The notes under the pieces are model-generated. The model did not search any database and was not told the DNA's origin. It was given only the letters and a program-made list of their open reading frames with translations. Positions 42,906 to 52,585 of a stretch of DNA of 64,000 nt are shown here, piece after piece. The DNA is from Nitrospiraceae bacterium (GTDB taxonomy: Bacteria > Nitrospirota > Nitrospiria > Nitrospirales > Nitrospiraceae). Position 1 is the first letter of the stretch; every line of letters begins with the position of its first letter. Position numbers and translations under genes: made by a program. The stretch lies in the NCBI GenBank assembly GCA_050246315.1, contig JBFWWG010000002.1:32001-96000 (forward strand). The letters run 5' to 3'.

Positions 42906-43107
42906 GCTGATCCAACAGGATGTGCCTTTCCCCTCCGGAAGCCTGAGTTGGTGGAATAGGCCGACAACTTGTCACATTAAAATACACGTATTTTGGCCTA
43001 CCACCTCACCTCACCCTTCTTGCAATCCTCGACCACTCCAGACTAGGATGTCTGCGTATCATTCTCAGGTAGACGTTGCGTAAGACTGGCAAGCCTGTCC
43101 GTTCATC

Positions 43108-45231
43108 TTGCGAGACTTCTGCAAGGGGGTATCCTCGATGGAACGCTGGAATGAATCTCTTTCCGAGAGGAGGAGGGGGTGGCAGTGCATGGCGTCTCTT
43201 GGCATCTGTCTGGCTGTGCTCATGGGGCCGAACGGCGCAGCTGCATTGGAAGAACGACAGGTCAAAGGTGTCAGCAAATCGGTGGCGCCCCCCCATGCAA
43301 CTGACCGGGTTCAAGAGATGGAGAAACGGGGGCGTGTGTCGGCGCGCTCCCATCAGATCCAAGAGGCCGCTCCGCATCATGATGTCGTCCCGAACAAGCC
43401 CTTCTCAGGGGTAAGGAAAAAGCCGAGAAGCCTCAATCTCGGCAGCAGCCCGCGGGTCCTCCCACCCGAGATCGATGAACGATCCGCCAAACTCCAGACC
43501 TCCTCTGCTCCCCCGCTCAACATGAGTTTCCCCGGGTTAACCGATACGGCATGGATTCCTCCCGACACCCAAGGGGCGGCCGGTCCCGCCCATCTCATGG
43601 AGACCCTCAACGGCGGCGTCGGCATCTTTGAGAAGGCCACCGGTACCCTTCTCAGTCAGATCTCCCTACAAGGCTTCTGGTCTTCGTTGGGAACCGCGGT
43701 TGGTGAACCGGCCAGCTTCGCATTCGATCCAAAAATTCTCTACGATCAGTTTGCCAACCGATTTGTGGTGACTTCTGCTGGGGGAGGTAGAGGTAACCCA
43801 AATAACTCCTTCATCATGATCGGTGTATCGGCGACTTCCGACCCAACCGGCGAGTGGTTTCTCTATGCGATCGATGCCGATCAGTTCAATGGCCAGCAAT
43901 TTAACGAATGGGCCGACTTTCCTGGATTAGGGCTCGATGCACGGAATTACTATGTCACAGCCGATATGCTTCCCAATCCGATGGGCGGTACCTCGAGTAG
44001 AAAAATCTGGATCATTCCGAAGGGACCGCTTTTCCAAAATTCTGCGACCATCCAATTCACTGAATTTCGCTCATTGGACTTCGGATTGGGTATCCGCCCC
44101 TCCCACACATTTGGAGACGCCGAGTATCACTATTTTCTGTCCTCCAACTGGTTCATCGGTCCGGAGCCGGGCCCCAACGCCCTTCGTCTCGGCCGCATCC
44201 GCTTCCTGCCGGACCCGGTCTATGAGGACCTCGGGTTCATCGCGGTCGACCGATATCTTTCTGCTCCCTCCGCTCCTCAGCAGGGGGGCGTGCCGAGCCT
44301 GGAGGTCGTCAATCTCGCGCCGAACAATGTGGTCTTCAGGAACGGCCGACTATGGACCGTCAATCATGTCGGAAGTTCCGATCGGCAGCGGGTGGAAGTG
44401 GCCTGGTATGAACTCGATCCTGCCGAAGCGTCGTTCTCGGAAGCTGGACCTCCCGTTCAGGAAGGCCGGATCAGCGACGGTGTCATGTCTTTCTTTTACC
44501 CCTCGATCGGGGTCAATAAGGACAATCACGTCATGATCGGCTTCAGCGCGTCCTCTCCCGGGATGTATGCCGAGGCGTACTACACAGCCCGGGAAGCAAG
44601 AGATCCGCTAGGTTCAATGCAGCCGGTTGAACGTATAAAGGAAGGTCTAGGCCCGTACTACAAGACGTTTGGTACCTTCAGAAACCGTTGGGGCGACTAT
44701 AGCGCCACGATGGTGGACCCGGAAGATGACCGAACGTTCTGGACCATCCAGGAGTATGCCGAGCAACCCGTTGGATCGGGCACGGTCGATGGAAATGGAC
44801 GGTGGGGCACTTGGTGGGCCAGCGCCAAGTTCGGCATCTTCAATATTGCGGTGACCAAGAATGGCACCGGAGGGGGAGCTGTGGTTTCCGCTCCTGGCGG
44901 GATCGATTGCGGTTCGACCTGCCAAGCGGCATTCGGCACTGGGACCTCGGTCGGCCTCACCGCAACGGCCGCTTCCGGCTCGACCTTCGCCGGATGGTCG
45001 GGAGGCAACTGTATAGGAACCGGGACCTGCACGGTCTCCTCCGAATCGGCCGTCACCGCAACGTTCAATACCATCCCACCCCCGCCCCCGCCTCCAGCGC
45101 CTGCGAGTACCGGAGATGATAGCGGCGGATGCGTATTGAATCCCTCATCGCCGTTCGATCCCCTGTTACCGCTGCTGGTAGTCGCTTCGATCGGGTATCT
45201 GCTCTGGCGAGAGCGCCGGAGACGGAACTGA
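43108..45231 (+). CDS. Exported protein with probable beta-propeller-like domain, InlB-B-repeat-like domain and JDVT-CTERM-like sorting tail
   Basis: Signal-like leader; PPDT.G, FDP, DFPGLG, RWGDY motifs; GGIDCGSTC...FAGWSG repeat; poly-Pro linker; tail GGCVLNPSSPFDPLLPLLVVASIGYLLWRERRRRN. Confidence 0.8.
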   Translation: MRDFCKGVSSMERWNESLSERRRGWQCMASLGICLAVLMGPNGAAALEERQVKGVSKSVAPPHATDRVQEMEKRGRVSARSHQIQEAAPHHDVVPNKPFSGVRKKPRSLNLGSSPRVLPPEIDERSAKLQTSSAPPLNMSFPGLTDTAWIPPDTQGAAGPAHLMETLNGGVGIFEKATGTLLSQISLQGFWSSLGTAVGEPASFAFDPKILYDQFANRFVVTSAGGGRGNPNNSFIMIGVSATSDPTGEWFLYAIDADQFNGQQFNEWADFPGLGLDARNYYVTADMLPNPMGGTSSRKIWIIPKGPLFQNSATIQFTEFRSLDFGLGIRPSHTFGDAEYHYFLSSNWFIGPEPGPNALRLGRIRFLPDPVYEDLGFIAVDRYLSAPSAPQQGGVPSLEVVNLAPNNVVFRNGRLWTVNHVGSSDRQRVEVAWYELDPAEASFSEAGPPVQEGRISDGVMSFFYPSIGVNKDNHVMIGFSASSPGMYAEAYYTAREARDPLGSMQPVERIKEGLGPYYKTFGTFRNRWGDYSATMVDPEDDRTFWTIQEYAEQPVGSGTVDGNGRWGTWWASAKFGIFNIAVTKNGTGGGAVVSAPGGIDCGSTCQAAFGTGTSVGLTATAASGSTFAGWSGGNCIGTGTCTVSSESAVTATFNTIPPPPPPPAPASTGDDSGGCVLNPSSPFDPLLPLLVVASIGYLLWRERRRRN

Positions 45232-45260
45232 GCGGCTTGAACTCGGAAAGGGTGAATGCC

Positions 45261-45791
45261 ATGATCGAGTCGACAGGTGCATCCCGTCAAGGTGAGAAGA
45301 CCTGGCATGAAAGCTGGCACAGCCTGGCGAATACCTGCGGGCTCAACCATCGGCCCGGGTGGACCAGCGATCCCTACCTTGTGGGGGCGGCGCTTGCTGC
45401 GATGGGGTATTGGATTGTTCTGGCCGTCGTGGGCATCGCCGGCTCACCCAACGGGGCCGCTGTCGATCTGATGGTCGTGCTCTCGGTCGTGCTATGGCAG
45501 CCGGTCTTTGAGGAACTGTTCTTTCGTGGCGTCCTACAGGGACTTCTGCTGGAAGCGACGGGAGGCTGTCTCCTCTACGGATCGCTCACAGTGGCGAATG
45601 TCGCTACCAGCCTCGTCTTTGCATCGGCCCATCTCCCAGCCCATCAACTGCTCTGGGTGGCAGGCATAGGGTTGGTCTCTCTGGTGCTCGGCTACCTTCG
45701 GGAGCGGCTCGGAAGCCTGTATCCGTCGGTGTTGCTGCATAGCTATTACAACGGCGGCTATCTGCTGTTGATGGGATGGGCGCCACAGTAG
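45261..45791 (+). CDS. mrtJ: CPBP-family glutamic intramembrane protease, MrtJ-like (JDVT-CTERM system)
   Basis: PVFEELFFRG, FASAH, LHSYYN motifs; directly downstream of the gene with the JDVT-CTERM-like tail. Confidence 0.75.
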   Translation: MIESTGASRQGEKTWHESWHSLANTCGLNHRPGWTSDPYLVGAALAAMGYWIVLAVVGIAGSPNGAAVDLMVVLSVVLWQPVFEELFFRGVLQGLLLEATGGCLLYGSLTVANVATSLVFASAHLPAHQLLWVAGIGLVSLVLGYLRERLGSLYPSVLLHSYYNGGYLLLMGWAPQ

Positions 45792-45807
45792 AAATCGGGG
45801 GCAATCG

Positions 45808-46437
45808 TTACTTGAGTGTCTTCTCCGTCCACCAGTCTGGAAAGGCTGCCCGCACCTCGCCTGAACGATAAAGTTGGTTCGCCAGTTCGAGTGCTGCCAA
45901 ACCCGGGGCGGTCTTGATGACGACCATATTCCCGCCGATTGGAAGCTTCGCCAGCACCTCCGCCTGATGCCGAGTCGCCCAGGCTTGAACCTCCTCTTGA
46001 GACCAGGTCGGATCGAGATCGACGATCACATTTCCGGGAAGCAGGCGCATGGGACTCTCCGGTGACGGGGCATCGCGGAACACCGGTGAGAATTTTCCCC
46101 TTCCGCCGCCGGCGCCGAGTTCCTTGACCAACCGATCAGGAGCGACTCCCTTCTCGACCGTCCAGAGCCGGATACCACGGGGACTTTGAGGGAGGACAGC
46201 GCCGAGCGGCAAAGTCGTCTCTGAAGTCGAACCAGGAGTCAAATCCGCCACTTGCTCCGAGTCGAGCCAGACTCGTCGTTCGCTCGTACCATCGTGCCAG
46301 ACAAAGGAAGTACCCCAGCGGTCTCTTGCCGGCTCCTGGGAATGGGCTTGCGGGGGGTAGGCCATCTGTTCGAATCCGGCATAGCTGACGATCGCGGTCA
46401 ATCCCAGAACCAACAATGGTGCGGTATGTCTAGCCAC
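45808..46437 (-). CDS. Exported protein resembling a stand-alone subtilase prodomain/chaperone
   Basis: Signal peptide; C-terminal PGNVIVDL...ALELANQLYRSGEVRAAFPDW resembles I9-like prodomains; same strand as and downstream of the S8 gene. Confidence 0.6.
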   Translation of the reverse strand: MARHTAPLLVLGLTAIVSYAGFEQMAYPPQAHSQEPARDRWGTSFVWHDGTSERRVWLDSEQVADLTPGSTSETTLPLGAVLPQSPRGIRLWTVEKGVAPDRLVKELGAGGGRGKFSPVFRDAPSPESPMRLLPGNVIVDLDPTWSQEEVQAWATRHQAEVLAKLPIGGNMVVIKTAPGLAALELANQLYRSGEVRAAFPDWWTEKTLK

Positions 46438-46632
46438 GTGGTCTACTCCCCTCTCAGTCGCTTGCCGATGTCAAGTCATTCTACGGTGACAAACGACCTG
46501 CGGGCATCTGCGTCTTCTGGACCTGAATTAGTCCGAGGTATTTATCGCTTCGAGAGTGCCATGAGTGTCAATTTCAGTGAAGAGGCCTTTGGCATTTCCG
46601 AGCATGCGGCCTCGCATCGACCGGCAGCGCTA

Positions 46633-48270
46633 TCAGGTCCCGTAAAAGGTCAGTTTCCAGGAGGTTAGGGTTCCTGTCAGGCCTGAACTCGCGTCTCGAA
46701 TCTGCAACGTCCAATTACCGTCCGTACCCTCTCCGAGATGACGGGCGCTGCCGAAGATCCATCCATCGTAGTTGCCGCAGAGATCGATGCCGCTTCCTGC
46801 GCAGGTGCGTGGCTCAGCCAGGACGCTGGTGGTCCCCGTGGTCTCATTGCGGAGAACGATTTCCAACTCACCGTCGTTGGGATGGCTGAGGGTCACCTCA
46901 ATCTCGATCCATTCGATGCGGCTGATGCCGCTAGCGGAGATCGCGACCGTGTTGGTCGTGGTCCCTGCGTCGGCCAACGCCAACGACGGAGCCAGGGTTC
47001 GCGAAAAGGTACGCTGTGGACCGAGATTGGTCCAGGTGCGGGCCCGTGTGACGGCTGTTTCGGCGTCAACTGTGCCGAAACCGTACTTGTGATTCACGTG
47101 AAATCCGGCGCCGTTGAGGGTCCAGTCGGCGTCGCCGGCATCGTTCTGTCGCGCGGTTTCCGCCAGCACCCAGCGTACATCGCGCCATCCCAAATTGGGA
47201 TTCGCCTGGAGTATCAGCGCGGCCACTCCCGAGACCACAGCGGTAGCGGCGGACGTACCGCCGAACTGTGTCGTGTATCCCGCATTGACAGCCTCCCCGC
47301 TTGAGCCGCCGGTATTATATCCTTGCGAGCCGGACCGATCCGTTGTCGTGATGCCGGGTAATGGAAAACCTGGTCCGACGGTATTGGAGGGAGCGCACAC
47401 CCACAGGTTGGCTCCGGGATCCGAATAGGGCGGCTGCCGACCGGCCGCATTGACCGCACACACCGCGATCACCCCACGAAAATTCGCATAGCCCTCATAG
47501 TTTGAATTATCGCCTCTCCGTGGCCCACCGTTCCCGCCTGCCCAGACATAGATTGTGCCCAGCCCGTTTCGACCGCCGGACAAGCCGGACAACACACCGG
47601 TTTTCCAGAGGGGACCGCTGGGATGCAGACGCCCATCATCGGGCGCGCCCCAACTGTTGTTCGAAACCCACACGGTGACCGCATTTCTCGTCATGGCGTC
47701 GGCTTCAAGGCTATCCGGACTGATGACCCCGCTGGCCAGCAGGTTGTATCCCACCAGATTTGCCTGGGGCGAGACGCCGCGGCCGCCGACCTTATTTGCG
47801 AACGCTGCGGCAACTCCGGCCACCGCCGTGCCGTGACAGTCCGCCGACCCTCCGGCCTCTCTGCATGTTCCGGTGCTGATGGGAGTGGGATCGGAACCAT
47901 TGGTGAGATAGTTGTGGCTTTGCCCTGGGATCACATTGGGAACGAGGTCTTCATGACCGATCTCCAACCCGTCATCGACGACGGCGATCCTGACTCCTCG
48001 ACCGCCGATATCCTGATTCCATACTCCGACGACCCGCGCATCCTCCCCGGCTGTCCCGCCGTCCTGGCCGGTATTTTCCAAGTGCCACTGTTGGGAGAAT
48101 AGTGGATCATCAACAACCGCGACCGGTCCGCCACCGGTCACTCCTCCTGACCCGGTCGGTGTGCTGGTGGTGGGAGTTGTGCTTTCCCCTGCGGAACAAC
48201 CGGAGAGGTTCAGACACAGCGCCCATCCCAGGGCCAATGTTGTGAGAACCCTGATCGTGGGATTCATCAT
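46633..48270 (-). CDS. Kexin/furin-like S8 serine protease with P-domain, lipoprotein
   Basis: LSGC lipobox; DPLFSQQWHL; VVDDG (Asp), HGTAVAG (His), WAGGNG (Asn), GGTSAA (Ser); YGFG; P-domain ending WKLTFYGT. Confidence 0.92.
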   Translation of the reverse strand: MMNPTIRVLTTLALGWALCLNLSGCSAGESTTPTTSTPTGSGGVTGGGPVAVVDDPLFSQQWHLENTGQDGGTAGEDARVVGVWNQDIGGRGVRIAVVDDGLEIGHEDLVPNVIPGQSHNYLTNGSDPTPISTGTCREAGGSADCHGTAVAGVAAAFANKVGGRGVSPQANLVGYNLLASGVISPDSLEADAMTRNAVTVWVSNNSWGAPDDGRLHPSGPLWKTGVLSGLSGGRNGLGTIYVWAGGNGGPRRGDNSNYEGYANFRGVIAVCAVNAAGRQPPYSDPGANLWVCAPSNTVGPGFPLPGITTTDRSGSQGYNTGGSSGEAVNAGYTTQFGGTSAATAVVSGVAALILQANPNLGWRDVRWVLAETARQNDAGDADWTLNGAGFHVNHKYGFGTVDAETAVTRARTWTNLGPQRTFSRTLAPSLALADAGTTTNTVAISASGISRIEWIEIEVTLSHPNDGELEIVLRNETTGTTSVLAEPRTCAGSGIDLCGNYDGWIFGSARHLGEGTDGNWTLQIRDASSGLTGTLTSWKLTFYGT

Positions 48271-48421
48271 TGCGTCATGTCGGAGCGGATTTGAGGATCG
48301 ATCCCCGGAACTTCGAAACAAGGTTCGTAGATGGATCGGAGTGAGTGCCGAACGTTACCAATCGGTCAGCCTCAAATCATCTATACGAAAGTGCTAGGAT
48401 CGAGCGGTTCGCTCGCACCCC

Positions 48422-48662
48422 TAGCCCGCATTATTCACGATGACTGCTACTGCAACCGCCCATACGCCGCTGCGACAAGCCTGCGTGCGGAGTTTCGGCA
48501 CGCAAGCGGCGGGCTCACCTGCCTGTGCCGGGCACGGCAGACAGGCCGCTTGGCCGGTCAACAGACAGTTAAGATCTGCCCTCTTTTCTCGCGGCTCCAC
48601 GCGCCCGCTTCGCAGCGCGACTCCAGAATTTCGCAATGAACCGTCATGACTCATGCGGGCCA
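48422..48662. mobile_element. MITE-like element 1
   Basis: Left end tagcccgcattattcacga; right end is a 15/19 inverted match; first 44 nt are 39/44 identical to the element at 55177; no transposase. Confidence 0.65.
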
Positions 48663-48945
48663 GAGAGTCGAGGGCCAGCCCCTTTTCTCAATTGCCTGGT
48701 CACTGAATTCGCCGGTGTATTAGTATGCCTTCATGAGACCACGACAGCCTGCGCGAATCATCGCCTTTTCCATTGATACTGCTGATACTGCGGCATCCAG
48801 GTGACTCGGCGCGGAACTTGCTTGAACACTCCTGTTTCGGATAAGGTACTTCGCCAGCAATCCTGGTCCGGTGTCTCCCGCCTGGAGAAGCAGTGATTGC
48901 GATTGCCGGCCCGTGCGAACTCGTCGTTAAAAGAAAGGTGCGATC

Positions 48946-50661
48946 GTGCCCTCCGGACTCCCACTTCTTGGGAGGGTCTTGCATGAAAAGTTTCAGCGTC
49001 CCGCTGCCATCCTTGAGGGCGCACTCACGCAACCGCGCCTCTGCAAGATACGCGTAGGCGACGTGCTGGTCAAGAACCGGATCATGAAAGAAGAAGAAGT
49101 TCTCCAAGCGCTGGCGCAGCAATTAGATCTTCCCTGGGTCCCCATTTTGGACGCTGCGTTGGTCAAGGGCGATCTCATCAACAAGGTGCCGATCGGTTTT
49201 GCCCGGCGATTCAAGCTCCTCCCTTTACGGGAGGAGGACGACGGGGTGGTTGTTGCCACGGCCGACCCGCTCCAAGTCGAGGCCCTCGACGACTTGCGGT
49301 TGCTGTTGGGGAAAACGGTCAAGCCGGTGATTACCACGCCGATGATGCTGCTGTCGACGCTGAACCAGGCCTATGACCGCGCCGGGGCACCCGCGGCTGA
49401 AGCGGTCATGGAAAATCTAGTCGCCGAGAGCAATCTGGACAAGCTGGCCCATGAACTGGAAGAGCCGAAAGATCTGTTGGATGCGACAGACGAGGCTCCC
49501 ATCATCCGCCTGGTCAACTCGATCCTGTTTGAGTCGGTGAAACGCCGGGCGAGCGACATTCACGTCGAATCCTTTGAGCGCGGCCTGGTCATCCGCTATC
49601 GAATCGACGGAGTGCTGTATCCCGTGCTGACGCCTCCCAAGCATCTCCAGTCGAGCATTACAGCCCGGCTCAAGATCATGGCGGGGCTGAACATCGCTGA
49701 GAAACGTCTGCCTCAGGACGGCCGATTCGGCATCCGCACGGCGGGAAAAGATGTGGACATCCGTGTTTCGGTGCTGCCCACGTCCCATGGAGAACGGGTG
49801 GTTCTGCGATTACTCCAGAAGGAAAACAAGCTGTTGAACCTGTCCGAAATCGGGTTTTCGCAGGACCAGTTGACGGTCATGCAGCAATTGATTCACCTGA
49901 CGCACGGCATCATTCTCGTGACCGGCCCGACCGGCAGCGGGAAAACGACGACGCTTTACGGGGCGCTGAGTCAGATCAACGCGCCGGACAAGAACATCAT
50001 CACCATTGAAGATCCGGTCGAGTATCAGCTCCAGGGCATCGGACAAATGCAGGTCAATCCCAAGATCAACCTGACGTTCGCCGCCGGGCTGCGGTCGATT
50101 CTCCGCCAGGACCCCGATGTGATTATGATCGGGGAGATCCGCGATTTGGAGACGGCCGAAATCGCGATCCATGCCTCGCTGACCGGACATTTGGTGTTTT
50201 CGACACTCCACACCAACGATGCCGCCAGCGCGGCAACCAGATTGATCGACATGGGGATCGAGCCCTTCCTCGTGGCTTCATCCGTGGTGGCAGTGTTGGC
50301 GCAACGGCTTGCGAGGGTGATCTGCCCGGAATGTCGCCGGCCTTATGAACCCAGCGACGAGGAATTGACGCGACTCGGGATCAATCCGGCCAAGGGCCAT
50401 CCGATGCTATACCGAGGAGCGGGATGTTCCACGTGCGGCAATACCGGCTATCGCGGACGGACCGGCGTCTACGAATTACTCGTGCTGGATGATGAGGTTC
50501 GGCGTCTGATCGGGGCCAAGGCCGACGCTGCTCGGGTTCGGGAGGCCGCCATGGCAAAGGGCATGATCCCTTTGAAGCTCGACGGTGCCGCCAAAGTCGT
50601 GAAGGGGATGACCACCACGGAAGAGATCATGCGGATCACCCAGCAGGAAGTTGAAATTTAG
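48946..50661 (+). CDS. gspE: Type II secretion ATPase
   Basis: ASDIHVE, RIDGVL, EKRLPQDGR, GPTGSGKTTTLY, EDPVEY, LRQDPD, GEIRD, TGHLV, CxxC pairs. Confidence 0.96.
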   Translation: MPSGLPLLGRVLHEKFQRPAAILEGALTQPRLCKIRVGDVLVKNRIMKEEEVLQALAQQLDLPWVPILDAALVKGDLINKVPIGFARRFKLLPLREEDDGVVVATADPLQVEALDDLRLLLGKTVKPVITTPMMLLSTLNQAYDRAGAPAAEAVMENLVAESNLDKLAHELEEPKDLLDATDEAPIIRLVNSILFESVKRRASDIHVESFERGLVIRYRIDGVLYPVLTPPKHLQSSITARLKIMAGLNIAEKRLPQDGRFGIRTAGKDVDIRVSVLPTSHGERVVLRLLQKENKLLNLSEIGFSQDQLTVMQQLIHLTHGIILVTGPTGSGKTTTLYGALSQINAPDKNIITIEDPVEYQLQGIGQMQVNPKINLTFAAGLRSILRQDPDVIMIGEIRDLETAEIAIHASLTGHLVFSTLHTNDAASAATRLIDMGIEPFLVASSVVAVLAQRLARVICPECRRPYEPSDEELTRLGINPAKGHPMLYRGAGCSTCGNTGYRGRTGVYELLVLDDEVRRLIGAKADAARVREAAMAKGMIPLKLDGAAKVVKGMTTTEEIMRITQQEVEI

Positions 50662-50845
50662 CCGACAGGATTCACAACCGGATACATGAGCACGCCCGTT
50701 TTGCCGCTGGCTCTCTTCGACGACGGCAGGGACCGCCGGGGTCGATCTGACACCGGGTTCGCGCCGGTTCCCATGCGTGTCGCCTCACCGCTCCTTCGGT
50801 GATCTCAGGACCATCCAGTCTCATGGTCGTGGATGTGTAACGCCG

Positions 50846-52081
50846 ATGCCTGTCTACGCATACAAAGGCCTCCGGGCGGACGGTGCCACGGCGACCGGGA
50901 TTATTGATGCCGAAAGTCTTCGGGGGGCGAGACTCAAGCTCCGACAAGGGGGGGTCTATCCGACCGAGCTCCGTGAGACCCGCACCTCGGGATCGGAGTC
51001 ACGTCAAGCTGCCGGTCATCCATCGTCAGGGGCCGCTCGCCAGCGCTCACTCTCCCCGACGGACCTTGCGCTCGCCACGCGGCAACTGGCCACCTTGCTC
51101 GTTGCCGGATTGCCGCTCGTGGACGCCCTGGGCATTCTCGTTGATCAAATGGAGAAAAAATCCGTGCAGGGACTCTTCGCCGATATTCGGGAACAGGTAC
51201 GGGCCGGGAAAGCCCTGAGCGCCGCGCTCGGCGAATACCCGCGCGAGTTCGGACAGATTTACACGCAGATGGTCCGCGCAGGGGAGGCCAGCGGGGCCTT
51301 GGATCAAATCCTGTTTCGTTTGTCCGAGTTCCTAGAGAAGCAGCAGGCATTGAAATCCAAAGTCACCAATGCCCTGATGTATCCGGTGGTCATGCTGGTC
51401 GTTGGATTCAGTGTCCTGTTTCTCCTCATGACGTTCGCCATCCCCAAGATCACCGCCGTTTTTACGGATTTGGGTCAGGCATTGCCTTGGCCCACGGTCG
51501 TTCTCATGCGGACGAGCGAATTGTTGTCGCATTATTGGTACGTGCTCCTGATCGGTCTGGGAGCAACGCTGTTCGCACTGCGTCGCTATGCCCGCACGTC
51601 ACAAGGCCAATACCGGATGCATCGGATAATGTTGAAGCTCCCGTTGATCGGAGAGGTCGCGAGGAAAGTCGCCATTTCTCGGCTCAGCAGCACGCTGGCC
51701 ACCATGCTATCCAGCGGTGTACAGTTGCTCGATGCGCTCGAAGTGTCGCGGCGAGTGATGAATAACCGTGTGCTCGAAGCCGCCGTGGAAGAGGCCCGTC
51801 AAAATATCCGGGAGGGAGAAAGCATTGCCGTCCCCTTGAAGCGGAGCGGGGAGTTCCCGCCGCTGGTGACCCATATGGTCGCGGTGGGGGAGAAAAGCGG
51901 CGAAATGGAAGAGATGCTCAAGCGGATCGCCGGTATCTACGACGGGGAAGTGGACCGGGTTGTTGCCCGGGCCACCTCGCTCCTCGAACCGATCATGATC
52001 TTGTGCATGGGCGTGGTCGTCTTGTTCATTGTGGTGGCGATTCTATTGCCAATCTTCGAAATGGGACAAATGGTCCGGTGA
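50846..52081 (+). CDS. gspF: Type II secretion inner-membrane platform protein
   Basis: MPVYAYKG start; TRQLATLL..GLPL, GEASGAL, ALMYP, GEKSGE, LLEP. Confidence 0.95.
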   Translation: MPVYAYKGLRADGATATGIIDAESLRGARLKLRQGGVYPTELRETRTSGSESRQAAGHPSSGAARQRSLSPTDLALATRQLATLLVAGLPLVDALGILVDQMEKKSVQGLFADIREQVRAGKALSAALGEYPREFGQIYTQMVRAGEASGALDQILFRLSEFLEKQQALKSKVTNALMYPVVMLVVGFSVLFLLMTFAIPKITAVFTDLGQALPWPTVVLMRTSELLSHYWYVLLIGLGATLFALRRYARTSQGQYRMHRIMLKLPLIGEVARKVAISRLSSTLATMLSSGVQLLDALEVSRRVMNNRVLEAAVEEARQNIREGESIAVPLKRSGEFPPLVTHMVAVGEKSGEMEEMLKRIAGIYDGEVDRVVARATSLLEPIMILCMGVVVLFIVVAILLPIFEMGQMVR

Positions 52082-52088
52082 GGTGACG

Positions 52089-52577
52089 ATGGCCAAGAGG
52101 CGAGCATGGGCATGGGTTCGAAGGCAGCGAGGGATGACCGGCTGGATCGGCCGTACGGCCGGGTTCACGTTCATCGAGATCATGGTGGTCGTGGCGATTC
52201 TGGCCATTCTCGCGGCGCTCGTCGTGCCGCGAATCATGGGGAGGACCGATGAGGCCAAGCGCACGGCGGCGAAAGTTCAGATCCGCAACATCGAGGCCGC
52301 GCTCCAGCTCTACAAGCTCGACAACGGGGTGTATCCCTCGACCGAGCAGAATCTCAGGGCCCTGGTGGAAAGACCGAGTACGGGGGTCGTTCCAAAAAAG
52401 TGGAAGCTCGGCGGCTATCTGCAAAAGGTGCCGGAAGATCCCTGGGGCAACCCGTACAAATACATCAGCCCTAGCACGCGAGGTGATTACGAAATCATCT
52501 CCCTCGGCATCGATGGCGAGGTCGGAGGCGAAGGACCCAATGCCGACATCACCAATTGGAATCTGGACAAGGACTAG
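52089..52577 (+). CDS. gspG: Major pseudopilin
   Basis: GFTFIEIMVV; ALQLYKLDNG.YP, DPWGNPY, SLG.DG..GGEG...DI.NW. Confidence 0.96.
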   Translation: MAKRRAWAWVRRQRGMTGWIGRTAGFTFIEIMVVVAILAILAALVVPRIMGRTDEAKRTAAKVQIRNIEAALQLYKLDNGVYPSTEQNLRALVERPSTGVVPKKWKLGGYLQKVPEDPWGNPYKYISPSTRGDYEIISLGIDGEVGGEGPNADITNWNLDKD

Positions 52578-52585
52578 CCGGCATC

